A stretch of 63,847 nt of DNA, filler included, from Candidatus Woesearchaeota archaeon (GTDB lineage Archaea > Nanobdellota > Nanobdellia > Woesearchaeales > GCA-2687795): the NCBI GenBank assembly GCA_030753365.1. It is 9 parts of 9 records of this genome, joined end to end, with 100 filler letters (N's around TTAATTAATTAA, not from the genome) between each part and the next. Parts side by side here need not be neighbours in the genome. Positions count along the whole stretch, not along the records: positions 1 to 19,674 come from JASMCJ010000039.1; 8 more parts are not named here. One strand, given 5' to 3'. The notes under the pieces were generated by a model. That model searched no databases. It was not told where the DNA came from and worked only from the letters and a program-made list of their open reading frames with translations. This document shows positions 1-8,241 of this stretch, one piece after another. Made by a program: the position numbers and the translations under genes. Every line of letters begins with the position of its first letter. Position 1 is the first letter of the stretch.

Positions 1-2
1 GA

Positions 3-2468
3 ACTTGTATTCTTAGTTGCAGTTGTGAATCTGGTTATGCTGATTTAGATAATGATATATCAAATGGTTGTGAGTTATTACCATTAATTGCACCAAATAA
101 GAAATCAATGTCATTATATTCAGACAAGGAAGTCTTTTTGATTTCAGATAGTAATTGGAAGGATGTTCTACCTTTTGTTCCTGTTGCTGTTTGGACGGAA
201 GGAAGTAATATTGAGAAATATCCTTTTTTGATTTATCATGATGAAAGATATTGGAATTTTGATGCTGATTCAATCATTTATTTTATGCAACAATATAATC
301 CGAATAAAGTAACAATTGTGGGGGAGACTCCTCAAGAATTAGACAATTTGTTAATAGCAGAAAGAGATTTTGGTGCTGGGCTTAAACAAGAGAATATTAA
401 AAGAATAGATGTTGATGAGCACCTGTTCTATTGGGAATCTTTTGATACTGTTGTTTATGTTGAAGATAATTATGAATTAGCTTTATTAGCTTCTACTTAT
501 GCTTCTTTAATAAATGCACCTTTAATTATTCAAGGAACAGCTCCTGATTCAGCAGATATATTTACAGGAAGAGATGTTATTTGTGTCGGCAGTGTTTCTC
601 CTATTGGAGGCAGTTGCAGTGAGCAATATACATTAGAACAATTACAGGCAAAATACAAAACTGAAACAAATACAGATAAGATTATTTTAATTAATCCTAG
701 TGATTGGACTGCAAAAGTTTCAAGGTTTTTAGAAACAGATAAATCAGGCTATATTTTTGACCTTTATTCAAAAACATCTCTTTCTGCCCCAATACTTGCT
801 TCAGCAAAACATGAATTGATTTTAAGTCGTAAGGCAATTCCTGATTCAGGTAAATTTGAAGATTCATTAAATGAAGAAGACCTTGAAAAGCTTTTTATAG
901 AAATTGATAATTTTATTGAGCCTCATTTAGCTGAAATGAATTATCTGACAATCATGGCAAATCTTTTTGTGATACCACATAGGAAATACAGTCATAGGGC
1001 TTTTGGAAGTGATATTTATTGGGCGCTTGACCAACATTTTTATGCAGATACTGATAACGATAAAGAATCAGATGTAGCTGTTGGAAGAATAACTGGATTT
1101 ACTACTTCTGATGTTTCAAGTTATGTCGCGAGAGATTTGTTTTATGATGCTTTTCAGAAGACTAATAATATGAAATTTATGGCGAGTTCTTTTTTAGGGA
1201 CTCTTGAGGTTTATACTAATTTTTTGCTTTTGGTAGATAGTTGGTCTGATTATAATACTGTTAGTGTTACAACTGCTGAAGAGGCCTACCAATTTAATCC
1301 TGTTGAATGGGAGAATCAAGATTTGATTTATTATACTGATCATGGTGCTAGTAGTTGGTCTGGAATAGATTCAGAAGATATCCCTGAATTAAAAAATTCA
1401 TTAGTTGCAAGTGCTTCTTGTTCTACTGTGTCAACTATGAAAAGAACTTCTTTTTGGGCATACGCAATAAGAAAGGGAGCAATTGGTTTTGCTGGAGCAG
1501 TGAGTACTACTTATCTTTCAGGTAATTATTATCCTTTTGTGAAAAATATTTATCAAAAAAATTATCCTACAATTGGAGACGCGTTCAAGGCGGCAGATTC
1601 CTCAAAAGGTAATGTTCTTATGACTACTTTGATTGGTGATCCGACACTAAATTTAGGTGTGGAATCAAGGGAATCATGTATTACTAAAGGAGATTGTGCT
1701 GATAATATCTGTAAAATGTTCACTTGCGGACTCCAAGAATCAGGGGAATCATGTATTACGAATGGAGATTGTGCTGATAATACCTGTAAAATGTTCACTT
1801 GCGGACTTCAACAAGAAACTGAAGGATGTATTTTACATAGTCATTGCGCCTCAGGATTACGATGTAATTGGTTTACATGTAAAAGCTGCAAATCAGATGA
1901 TTCTTCATGCACTTTCAATAAAGAATGTTGTTCTAATGATGGATGCAGAGCTGGAACTTGTGGTCTTCAACAAGATGGAGAAGCTTGTAACTGGAATACT
2001 GATTGTGCGGGAAATATTTGTAGGAAGGATACATGTGGTTATCAGGCAGTAGGGGAATCTTGTAACTGGAATACAGATTGTGCTGATAATACCTGTAAAA
2101 TGGGAACTTGTGGACTCCAGAAAATAAAGGAACCATGCATAACTAAGGGTGATTGTGTTGCTGATTCAAACTGTGTTGGCCCTCCTTTTGATACTATTTG
2201 TTCTTCTTGTCTTAAGGGAAGTGTGAAAGTTACAATTTTTAATCGGGGTCAGTGTTGTAATAGTTGGGAATGGATTCAGAAAGCTAAAACATGTAGATCT
2301 TCTAATTGTCCTGTTGAAAGACATAAATGGTGTCGAGATTCTGCTTGTGGTAAAGGTTGGTTTGGAATAACTAAATTATGTGTACATCCTAATTGTGGTT
2401 CAATTTATCAGAGATGTGAAGATGCAGTTGGTTGTGGTACTAAAAATGATTATCAAGCATGTAAATGA
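3..2468 (+). CDS. C25 (gingipain-like) cysteine peptidase with C-terminal Cys-rich repeat array; 5'-truncated
   Basis: Frame is open from nt 3 (TCILSCSCESGYADLDNDISNGCE...) into the track ORF at 108. C25-type motifs: DVAVGRI, DHG (His), ASCST (Cys), GAIGFAGA, LIGDP. About 40 Cys in the last ~265 aa. Confidence 0.75.
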   Translation, partial: TCILSCSCESGYADLDNDISNGCELLPLIAPNKKSMSLYSDKEVFLISDSNWKDVLPFVPVAVWTEGSNIEKYPFLIYHDERYWNFDADSIIYFMQQYNPNKVTIVGETPQELDNLLIAERDFGAGLKQENIKRIDVDEHLFYWESFDTVVYVEDNYELALLASTYASLINAPLIIQGTAPDSADIFTGRDVICVGSVSPIGGSCSEQYTLEQLQAKYKTETNTDKIILINPSDWTAKVSRFLETDKSGYIFDLYSKTSLSAPILASAKHELILSRKAIPDSGKFEDSLNEEDLEKLFIEIDNFIEPHLAEMNYLTIMANLFVIPHRKYSHRAFGSDIYWALDQHFYADTDNDKESDVAVGRITGFTTSDVSSYVARDLFYDAFQKTNNMKFMASSFLGTLEVYTNFLLLVDSWSDYNTVSVTTAEEAYQFNPVEWENQDLIYYTDHGASSWSGIDSEDIPELKNSLVASASCSTVSTMKRTSFWAYAIRKGAIGFAGAVSTTYLSGNYYPFVKNIYQKNYPTIGDAFKAADSSKGNVLMTTLIGDPTLNLGVESRESCITKGDCADNICKMFTCGLQESGESCITNGDCADNTCKMFTCGLQQETEGCILHSHCASGLRCNWFTCKSCKSDDSSCTFNKECCSNDGCRAGTCGLQQDGEACNWNTDCAGNICRKDTCGYQAVGESCNWNTDCADNTCKMGTCGLQKIKEPCITKGDCVADSNCVGPPFDTICSSCLKGSVKVTIFNRGQCCNSWEWIQKAKTCRSSNCPVERHKWCRDSACGKGWFGITKLCVHPNCGSIYQRCEDAVGCGTKNDYQACK
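1663..1812 (+). repeat. 75-bp tandem duplication encoding a 25-aa Cys repeat; more diverged units continue to ~2170
   Basis: Two near-identical copies of gaatca.gggaatcatgtattac.aa.ggagattgtgctgataata.ctgtaaaatgttcacttgcggact.caa. Confidence 0.9.
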
Positions 2469-3592
2469 AAAATAAAAATATAATGTTTGGGATGTTGGTT
2501 TTGATTGCTTTAGCTCAGCTAACCTTAGTGTCTGCTCTTTCAATTGATATCAGCATGAAAGAATCATTTGGTGTTGGAGAGGAAATTTATTTTGATTATA
2601 CAATAACTTCTGATGTTTCGCAAGAGATAGAGTATCTTGCTTCTGTGAGCTGTCCGAATGCACCCCTTGCTTTGTTGGATGTGAAGACTGTCAGTTTAGA
2701 AGCTAATGTGGCTCTTACAGAGAAGCATGTTTATATGAGTTCTGTTGATGAGAGTATTGAACCTCAGATGTGTGATGCAACTGTGGGAATTTTGAGTCCA
2801 GAAATTTCAGAAGAAAAATCTTTTGAAATAAAAGTAAATCCTAGTTTTGAGTTTAATGTTTTAATTTGTAAAGACTTAAATTGTGCTGAAAAAACTAAAG
2901 TATTTACTTTAAATAAAGATATTTATCTTGATTATATATCAGAAATTCCTAGTCCTATAATAACAGCAACCCTAACTTCCCCAGACAGTTATACTAAACA
3001 ATTAACTATTCCATCTTCAATTAAAGCAGAACAAACTGGAACTTATACTTTAGAAGTCAAAGCTTCTAAACAAGATTATAAAACAATAACTAAGAAAATC
3101 CAATTTGGAGTCATTGAGCAAGAAGCTGATATACCCTATACAAGAATTCAAGATATAAAAGTAATACCACCAGAAAAACCAAAGGAAATTCCACAAAAAT
3201 CTAGGCTATATACCATAACCTCTTTTCTTATAGTTGTATTAGTAATAATTCTTATTGTTTATCAACTTTATAGGAAAAAGCAAAAGGATTTAGAAAGAGA
3301 ATTAGAATTAAAAACATATATTACAAATAGCTTAGCTAGAGGCTTTACAAAACAGCAACTAAAACAGGGACTGTTAAAAGAAGGCTGGAATAAAAGATTA
3401 GTAGATAAAGCCTTCAATAATTTAATGGAACCAAGAAAGTTATCAAAATTAGAATCATTAGAACTGCAGAATTATATTAATAATGCTTTAAGGAGAGGTT
3501 ATAAGAAACAGCAAATCAAACAAGAATTATTAAACGAGGGTTGGCATGAGAGGCAAATTGATGAGGCACTAAAGAATAATAGAATGCTCTAA
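2465..3592 (+). CDS. Membrane-anchored surface protein (signal peptide, beta-rich ectodomain, TM, two cytoplasmic helical repeats)
   Basis: N-terminal signal. TM near aa 250-270. Duplicated L..YI.N.L.RG..KQQ.KQ.LL.EGW....D.A. ATGA overlap with the upstream gene. Confidence 0.75.
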   Translation: MKNKNIMFGMLVLIALAQLTLVSALSIDISMKESFGVGEEIYFDYTITSDVSQEIEYLASVSCPNAPLALLDVKTVSLEANVALTEKHVYMSSVDESIEPQMCDATVGILSPEISEEKSFEIKVNPSFEFNVLICKDLNCAEKTKVFTLNKDIYLDYISEIPSPIITATLTSPDSYTKQLTIPSSIKAEQTGTYTLEVKASKQDYKTITKKIQFGVIEQEADIPYTRIQDIKVIPPEKPKEIPQKSRLYTITSFLIVVLVIILIVYQLYRKKQKDLERELELKTYITNSLARGFTKQQLKQGLLKEGWNKRLVDKAFNNLMEPRKLSKLESLELQNYINNALRRGYKKQQIKQELLNEGWHERQIDEALKNNRML

Positions 3593-3750
3593 AGTCAGAG
3601 GACTAATATATCCCTTGCCCACAGAAGAACAAAAAAGACAACAATTTAAGGAAAATAATAAGACAACAGTAATTATATTTTGAAAGATTTTCTATATATT
3701 TATAAATACTTATTATAATTTCTTATTTTTATAAGATATATCTGCTAAAA

Positions 3751-4689
3751 ATGCTTTCTGAAGAAAAAATCAAAGACTTAGAAAAGCAAGGCTACAGGCT
3801 TGTAGGCAATCATAGCGCTATTAAAGTCTGTGATTGGACTAAGCAGGCAATTAGATGCGAAGGTACATGCTATAAGAACATCTTTTATGGCATTAACTCT
3901 CATAGATGCATCCAGATGACACCTTCTTTCTCATGTAATCATAGATGCCAGTTCTGCTGGAGAGATATTGGGTTTACATCTGATAAATGGGAAGGAAAGG
4001 TTGACGAGCCTAAAGATATTGTTGACGGCTGTATTAAAGCTCATATTAAATATTTACAGGGTTTTGGCGGCAGCTCAAGAAAAGATAACAAAAGATACAT
4101 GGAATCACTAAGACCATTGCATTTTGCAATTTCATTGTCAGGCGAGCCAACACTTTACCCTAAACTGCCAGAACTAATCAAAGAAATACATTCAAGAGGT
4201 ATGACTTCTTTTCTTGTTACTAATGGCACTAACCCTGATATGCTAAAGAAACTGCTAAAGCATCAGCCTACACAGCTTTATATCACGCTTCCTGCTCCTG
4301 ATGAAGAAACATACAAAAATGTCTGCAAGCCATTAATAAAAGGTGGTTGGAACAAGATTAAGGAATCCTTAGACTTATTGTCAAAGTTCAACTGCAGAAA
4401 AGCAATAAGAATGACTTTGGTTAAAGATATCAATATGAACAATCCAGAAGGTTATGCCAAGCTCTTAAAAGATGCTAAACCTGATTTTATAGAGCTAAAA
4501 GCATATATGTGGGTTGGCTATTCAATAGAAAGGTTAAGTATTGAGAACATGCCAAGACATCCTGAGATTAAAGAATTTGCAGAAAAGATTACAAAGCTAA
4601 CCAACCTCAAAATCATTGATGAGAAAACTAACTCAAGAGTTGTTTTATTAATGGAGAAGGATAGGAATGATAGGATTATGATGTTCTAA
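3751..4689 (+). CDS. taw1: 4-demethylwyosine synthase (radical SAM)
   Basis: GY..VGNHSAIKVC.W, CYK..FYGI.SHRCIQMTP, CxxxCxxC (CNHRCQFC), HFAISLSGEPTLYP. Confidence 0.95.
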   Translation: MLSEEKIKDLEKQGYRLVGNHSAIKVCDWTKQAIRCEGTCYKNIFYGINSHRCIQMTPSFSCNHRCQFCWRDIGFTSDKWEGKVDEPKDIVDGCIKAHIKYLQGFGGSSRKDNKRYMESLRPLHFAISLSGEPTLYPKLPELIKEIHSRGMTSFLVTNGTNPDMLKKLLKHQPTQLYITLPAPDEETYKNVCKPLIKGGWNKIKESLDLLSKFNCRKAIRMTLVKDINMNNPEGYAKLLKDAKPDFIELKAYMWVGYSIERLSIENMPRHPEIKEFAEKITKLTNLKIIDEKTNSRVVLLMEKDRNDRIMMF

Positions 4690-4744
4690 GAATTCCATAA
4701 ATTAGAAAGTTTTATATGTTTACATATGAATTATCCAATATAAA

Positions 4745-4945
4745 ATGTCAGAAACAAACTATGAATGGTTTATTGGGAATAATCTTGATAAATATGCAGG
4801 TAAGTGGGTTGCTATAGACAATAATAAAGTATTAGAGAGTAGTTTGAAATTTGATGTATTGTTGAAAAAAATTAAAGAGAAATATCCAAAATCAAGACCT
4901 TTTATAACAAAAATCAGAAACAAATTACTAAGGCTTCGTTCTTAA
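4745..4945 (+). CDS. Small DUF5678-like protein
   Basis: L.KYAGKWVAI....V pattern; 66 aa; directly upstream of an aspartyl protease gene. Confidence 0.7.
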   Translation: MSETNYEWFIGNNLDKYAGKWVAIDNNKVLESSLKFDVLLKKIKEKYPKSRPFITKIRNKLLRLRS

Positions 4946-4947
4946 AA

Positions 4948-5379
4948 ATGTCTTTAACTTATAAATTCAAAAAATTCAGGTTAGAAGATGGTTCTTATAC
5001 CAATAGGCCAATCGTTGATGTTATTCTCAAAAATGATGGTAAATCATTAGAATTTGGCGCAATTCTTGATTCTGGTTCTGATTTAACAACAATCCCAAAA
5101 ACAGTAGCAGATTATTTAGAATTAGGAGCAGAGGAAAAAGAGATTGATATGATAGGCTATCAAGGCGCTGGAAAAATCAAAGTAAGTAAATTAACTATTG
5201 TCTTTAAAGATAAAGTTCAAAGGCAAAATGAACAGTTAGATAATGTTCCCATAGGAATTATGCAAGATCCTGAAGAAGAAGACGTTATAATAGGGACATC
5301 AGGTGTTTTTAAATACTTTAAAATAATTTTTAATGATACAAAGAATATTAGTTTGATAAGATTACCTAGTATTTACTAA
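4948..5379 (+). CDS. Retropepsin-like (clan AA) aspartyl protease
   Basis: RP.VDV.L, ILDSGS catalytic motif, IIG near the C-terminus. Confidence 0.8.
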   Translation: MSLTYKFKKFRLEDGSYTNRPIVDVILKNDGKSLEFGAILDSGSDLTTIPKTVADYLELGAEEKEIDMIGYQGAGKIKVSKLTIVFKDKVQRQNEQLDNVPIGIMQDPEEEDVIIGTSGVFKYFKIIFNDTKNISLIRLPSIY

Positions 5380-5985
5380 ATACCCATTCAATTTCTCTAT
5401 CAAGGAAGGCAAAGGTCCAACATAATCAGGCTTTACCATCTTTAACGCATTCTTTGACATTTCATTAGTGCATAATTGCCACACACCTTCTCTTTTAATG
5501 TTTCTACGCTGCTCTTCAAACTGCACTAAAGCCTTGCCTCCAAACTGTTTTATAACCTTCAATCCCCTTGCGCCATCATCTCCAGTACCTCTTAAAATAA
5601 CCCCTATTGACCTTTTTCCATACTTTTCTGCAATCCTTTCCATTATATGATTTATAGACCATTTTCCAGATGAGCACATTTGTTCAGTATCATAAAGCCT
5701 TATAGAACCATTTTCAAAATCAACCTTTTTTCCAAACATTATAAGGTCCTGCCTGTCATATCCCAAAACATAAGCTTTATTTGGTTCAAATCTTGTTCCA
5801 TCCTCAACACCTTCAACATTAACCTCTTGCTCTTTTAGAGAATCATAAATCTGCTTATTGTCTATATGAGGCACTATTAAAGCTACGCTTGAAGCTAAGT
5901 CAACTCTTGGCATTAGATATTCTACTGCTCTTTTTCCATCGCACGAGCTGCCAATTACAACAATGTTTTCTAGTTTATGTATCAT
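5362..5985 (-). CDS. Stand-alone CheB-type methylesterase domain protein
   Basis: VVIGSSCDG, IVPHI and GVILRGTGDDGARGLKVIKQFGG match the CheB Ser/His/Asp segments. No receiver domain. Start placed at MIHK rather than 6024. Confidence 0.75.
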   Translation of the reverse strand: MIHKLENIVVIGSSCDGKRAVEYLMPRVDLASSVALIVPHIDNKQIYDSLKEQEVNVEGVEDGTRFEPNKAYVLGYDRQDLIMFGKKVDFENGSIRLYDTEQMCSSGKWSINHIMERIAEKYGKRSIGVILRGTGDDGARGLKVIKQFGGKALVQFEEQRRNIKREGVWQLCTNEMSKNALKMVKPDYVGPLPSLIEKLNGYLVNTR

Positions 5986-6085
5986 ACAAGCACAGATACA
6001 ACTACTATTTATAAAGGTTTCCATATTTCATTACTTGTCAAAAGTAAATACTTAAAATAAAGCGGAAAATCCTAAAAATCGCTAT

Positions 6086-6105
6086 CCCCACAGCAAGCTG
6101 TGGGG
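6086..6105. repeat. GC-rich perfect hairpin, REP/IS200-IS605-end-like
   Basis: ccccacagc-aa-gctgtgggg in an AT-rich intergenic region. Confidence 0.7.
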
Positions 6106-6189
6106 TATTAAACCCAAGTTGTAATAAATTATAACCCCTAAATAGTATTTCTTATAGGTTTATATACAACCTATTTCCTTAAAACATGT

Positions 6190-6483
6190 ATGAAACAACC
6201 CAAACCAATCTTTTTAACGATTTTAATAACTGCAATGTTCTTAATAACCGCTTGTGAAGAACAACCAGCTAATATTGATAAAACTCCCGTTAGCAATGAA
6301 TGCTCAGAAGATTCTGATTGCATAAAAGCAACATGTTGCCATGCAGATTCCTGCATTCCAACAGACCAAGCTCCAGACTGCAGCGGAACAATGTGCACAA
6401 TGAACTGCGAGCCCGGAACATTAGATTGCGGACAGGGTAATTGTAAATGCACAAATAATAAATGTGAGGCTGTGTTTAACTAA
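6190..6483 (+). CDS. Small Cys-rich putative lipoprotein
   Basis: Signal peptide ending LITAC; mature part with 12 Cys (ECSEDSDC...CC...CKCTNNKC). Confidence 0.75.
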   Translation: MKQPKPIFLTILITAMFLITACEEQPANIDKTPVSNECSEDSDCIKATCCHADSCIPTDQAPDCSGTMCTMNCEPGTLDCGQGNCKCTNNKCEAVFN

Positions 6484-6948
6484 TCATTTCTCTTTAATCA
6501 AATCTCCAATTGTCATTACCTCACCTTCTTCCTGCTTAATCTCCTCTTTTTCTACTTCAATAGTTTCAACAAGCCTTATTCTAAGCAGCTTTTCAAGCTT
6601 CTTTGCCAACTCAATTGAAGGTTCAAGCTTTCCTATCTCAAGATGATGCACTATTGACACTTTCTCAGAAATCTTTTTTGCAAATTCCTCTTGTTTTAAG
6701 CCTAACTGTTCCCTTTTTCCTCTTATTATCTCAGGATAGTTAGACACTATAGAATCTATTATCTCTGGCATAGCTTCTTGTTTTTTCTCTTCTTTCAGAA
6801 TCTTCTTTTCCACTTCTTCTGAGCGTATTTCTTTTATTACTTTGCCGAATTTTGCGCAATTACCGCACACATTTAGTTCAATATTTTCTACTTTCGCCAG
6901 AAAAAGGTCTGTTTCAGTTCCGCACAGGTCGCATTGAATTTTAAACAC
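6484..6948 (-). CDS. mbf1: Archaeal multiprotein bridging factor aMBF1 (Zn ribbon + HTH)
   Basis: CDLC...CGNC ribbon; Cro-like HTH (REQLGLKQEEFAKKI.EK.S); C-terminal TIGDL. Confidence 0.9.
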   Translation of the reverse strand: MFKIQCDLCGTETDLFLAKVENIELNVCGNCAKFGKVIKEIRSEEVEKKILKEEKKQEAMPEIIDSIVSNYPEIIRGKREQLGLKQEEFAKKISEKVSIVHHLEIGKLEPSIELAKKLEKLLRIRLVETIEVEKEEIKQEEGEVMTIGDLIKEK

Positions 6949-7038
6949 CCTCAGAGCAATGTTTGTAAAAACAATTAGCTTTAAATAGTTTTACTTAGTA
7001 AGCTTTATAAATAAATCCATACTCTAGAATATAATACG

Positions 7039-7205
7039 TCAAAAACCGCCAATTATAAATAGGAAACATTATATTGTGTTATGAACAGTTAATGGTTTTT
7101 GATGCTCAAAATTATACGATTGATGGACAGTTTTTGAACACACAAAATTCCAATAGCAATTATATTGGATGCTTAACCACTTCTTATAGAGAAGTGGAAT
7201 TTTGT
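7039..7205. repeat. Compound palindromic intergenic element
   Basis: Inverted pairs tcaaaaacc (7039-47)/ggtttttga (7094-102) and acaaaattcca (7142-52)/tggaattttgt (7195-205), with inner hairpins. Confidence 0.6.
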
Positions 7206-7228
7206 TGCATAAAAATTAACCTTAAAAA

Positions 7229-7810
7229 ATGGGATTTTACAAATATATAAGAAAATTATGGTACAACCCTAAAGAAAACATGGCAGAGCTATGGAAAGCA
7301 AGGCTGATAGAATGGAGAAAAGAGCCTGCTACTGTAAGAATTGACAGGCCTACAAGGCTTGACAGAGCCAAATCTTTAGGTTATAAAGCTAAACAAGGCT
7401 ATGTTATTACAAGACAAAGGCTTCTTAGAGGCGGCAGACAGAGACCTATTATAAAGAAAGGCAGAAAGCCAAAAAGGTTTACAAGAAGAAAAGATTTAGG
7501 CTTAAGCTATCAATCTATCGCTGAGAGAAGAGCTGTCCAGAAATACCCTAATATGGAAGTATTAAGTTCATACTGGGTTGCTAAAGACGGCAGATATTTT
7601 TGGTATGAAGTCATCCTAATCGACAAAAAGCATCCTGCAATACTTGCTGACAAAAGAAGCAAATGGATTGCTGAGAAACAACACACAAGAAGAGCATTAA
7701 GAGGCTTGACCACTGCTGGCAAGAGAAGCAGAGGCCTTTTGACTAACAAAGGCGTAGGCGCTGAAAAGCTTAGGCCTAGCAGAAGAGCTAACCTAAGAAG
7801 GTCGCATTAA
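7229..7810 (+). CDS. rpl15e: 50S ribosomal protein L15e (copy 1)
   Basis: RIDRPTRLDRAKSLGYKAKQG, YPNMEVLSSYWV, RGLTTAG..SRGL. Confidence 0.97.
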   Translation: MGFYKYIRKLWYNPKENMAELWKARLIEWRKEPATVRIDRPTRLDRAKSLGYKAKQGYVITRQRLLRGGRQRPIIKKGRKPKRFTRRKDLGLSYQSIAERRAVQKYPNMEVLSSYWVAKDGRYFWYEVILIDKKHPAILADKRSKWIAEKQHTRRALRGLTTAGKRSRGLLTNKGVGAEKLRPSRRANLRRSH

Positions 7811-7812
7811 AG

Positions 7813-8121
7813 ATGAAATTTCCAAAATTAAGAAGAACTTACTGCAAATTTTGCAAGAAGCATACTGAACATAAGGTAGGCACTACTAAAAAGAAATCTG
7901 CTAGCTCTCTAAAGAGAGGCGCAAAGCAGAGAATGAAGAAAAGAGGAAAGTGTACTGGCAAAGGCAATCTTGGCAAGCTTTCTAAAGGCGCATTAACCAA
8001 ATGGAAAAGATATAACAAGAAAGCCACAAAGAAGACTGATTTAAGGTATGAATGTAAGGAATGCAAAAAGACTCACACACAGAGGAAAGGCATCCGAGTT
8101 AAGAAAGTTGAGTTTAAGTAA
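7813..8121 (+). CDS. rpl44e: 50S ribosomal protein L44e
   Basis: RTYCKFCKKHTEH, KKTDLRYECKECKK. Confidence 0.95.
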   Translation: MKFPKLRRTYCKFCKKHTEHKVGTTKKKSASSLKRGAKQRMKKRGKCTGKGNLGKLSKGALTKWKRYNKKATKKTDLRYECKECKKTHTQRKGIRVKKVEFK

Positions 8122-8241
8122 GATAACTATTTATTTACTTTTTCTATTTTAAGTTTTTCTTCTGTTCACTAGTATCTCTAACAATTGCTTTTTAGGTTTT
8201 TCCATAACCTATTTAAATAACCGTCAATTATATATAAAATA

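Noticed and set aside
1663..1812. Near-identical repeat pair as a diversity-generating retroelement TR/VR
   Set aside because: Differences are not adenine-specific, both copies are in-frame coding units, and no reverse transcriptase is present
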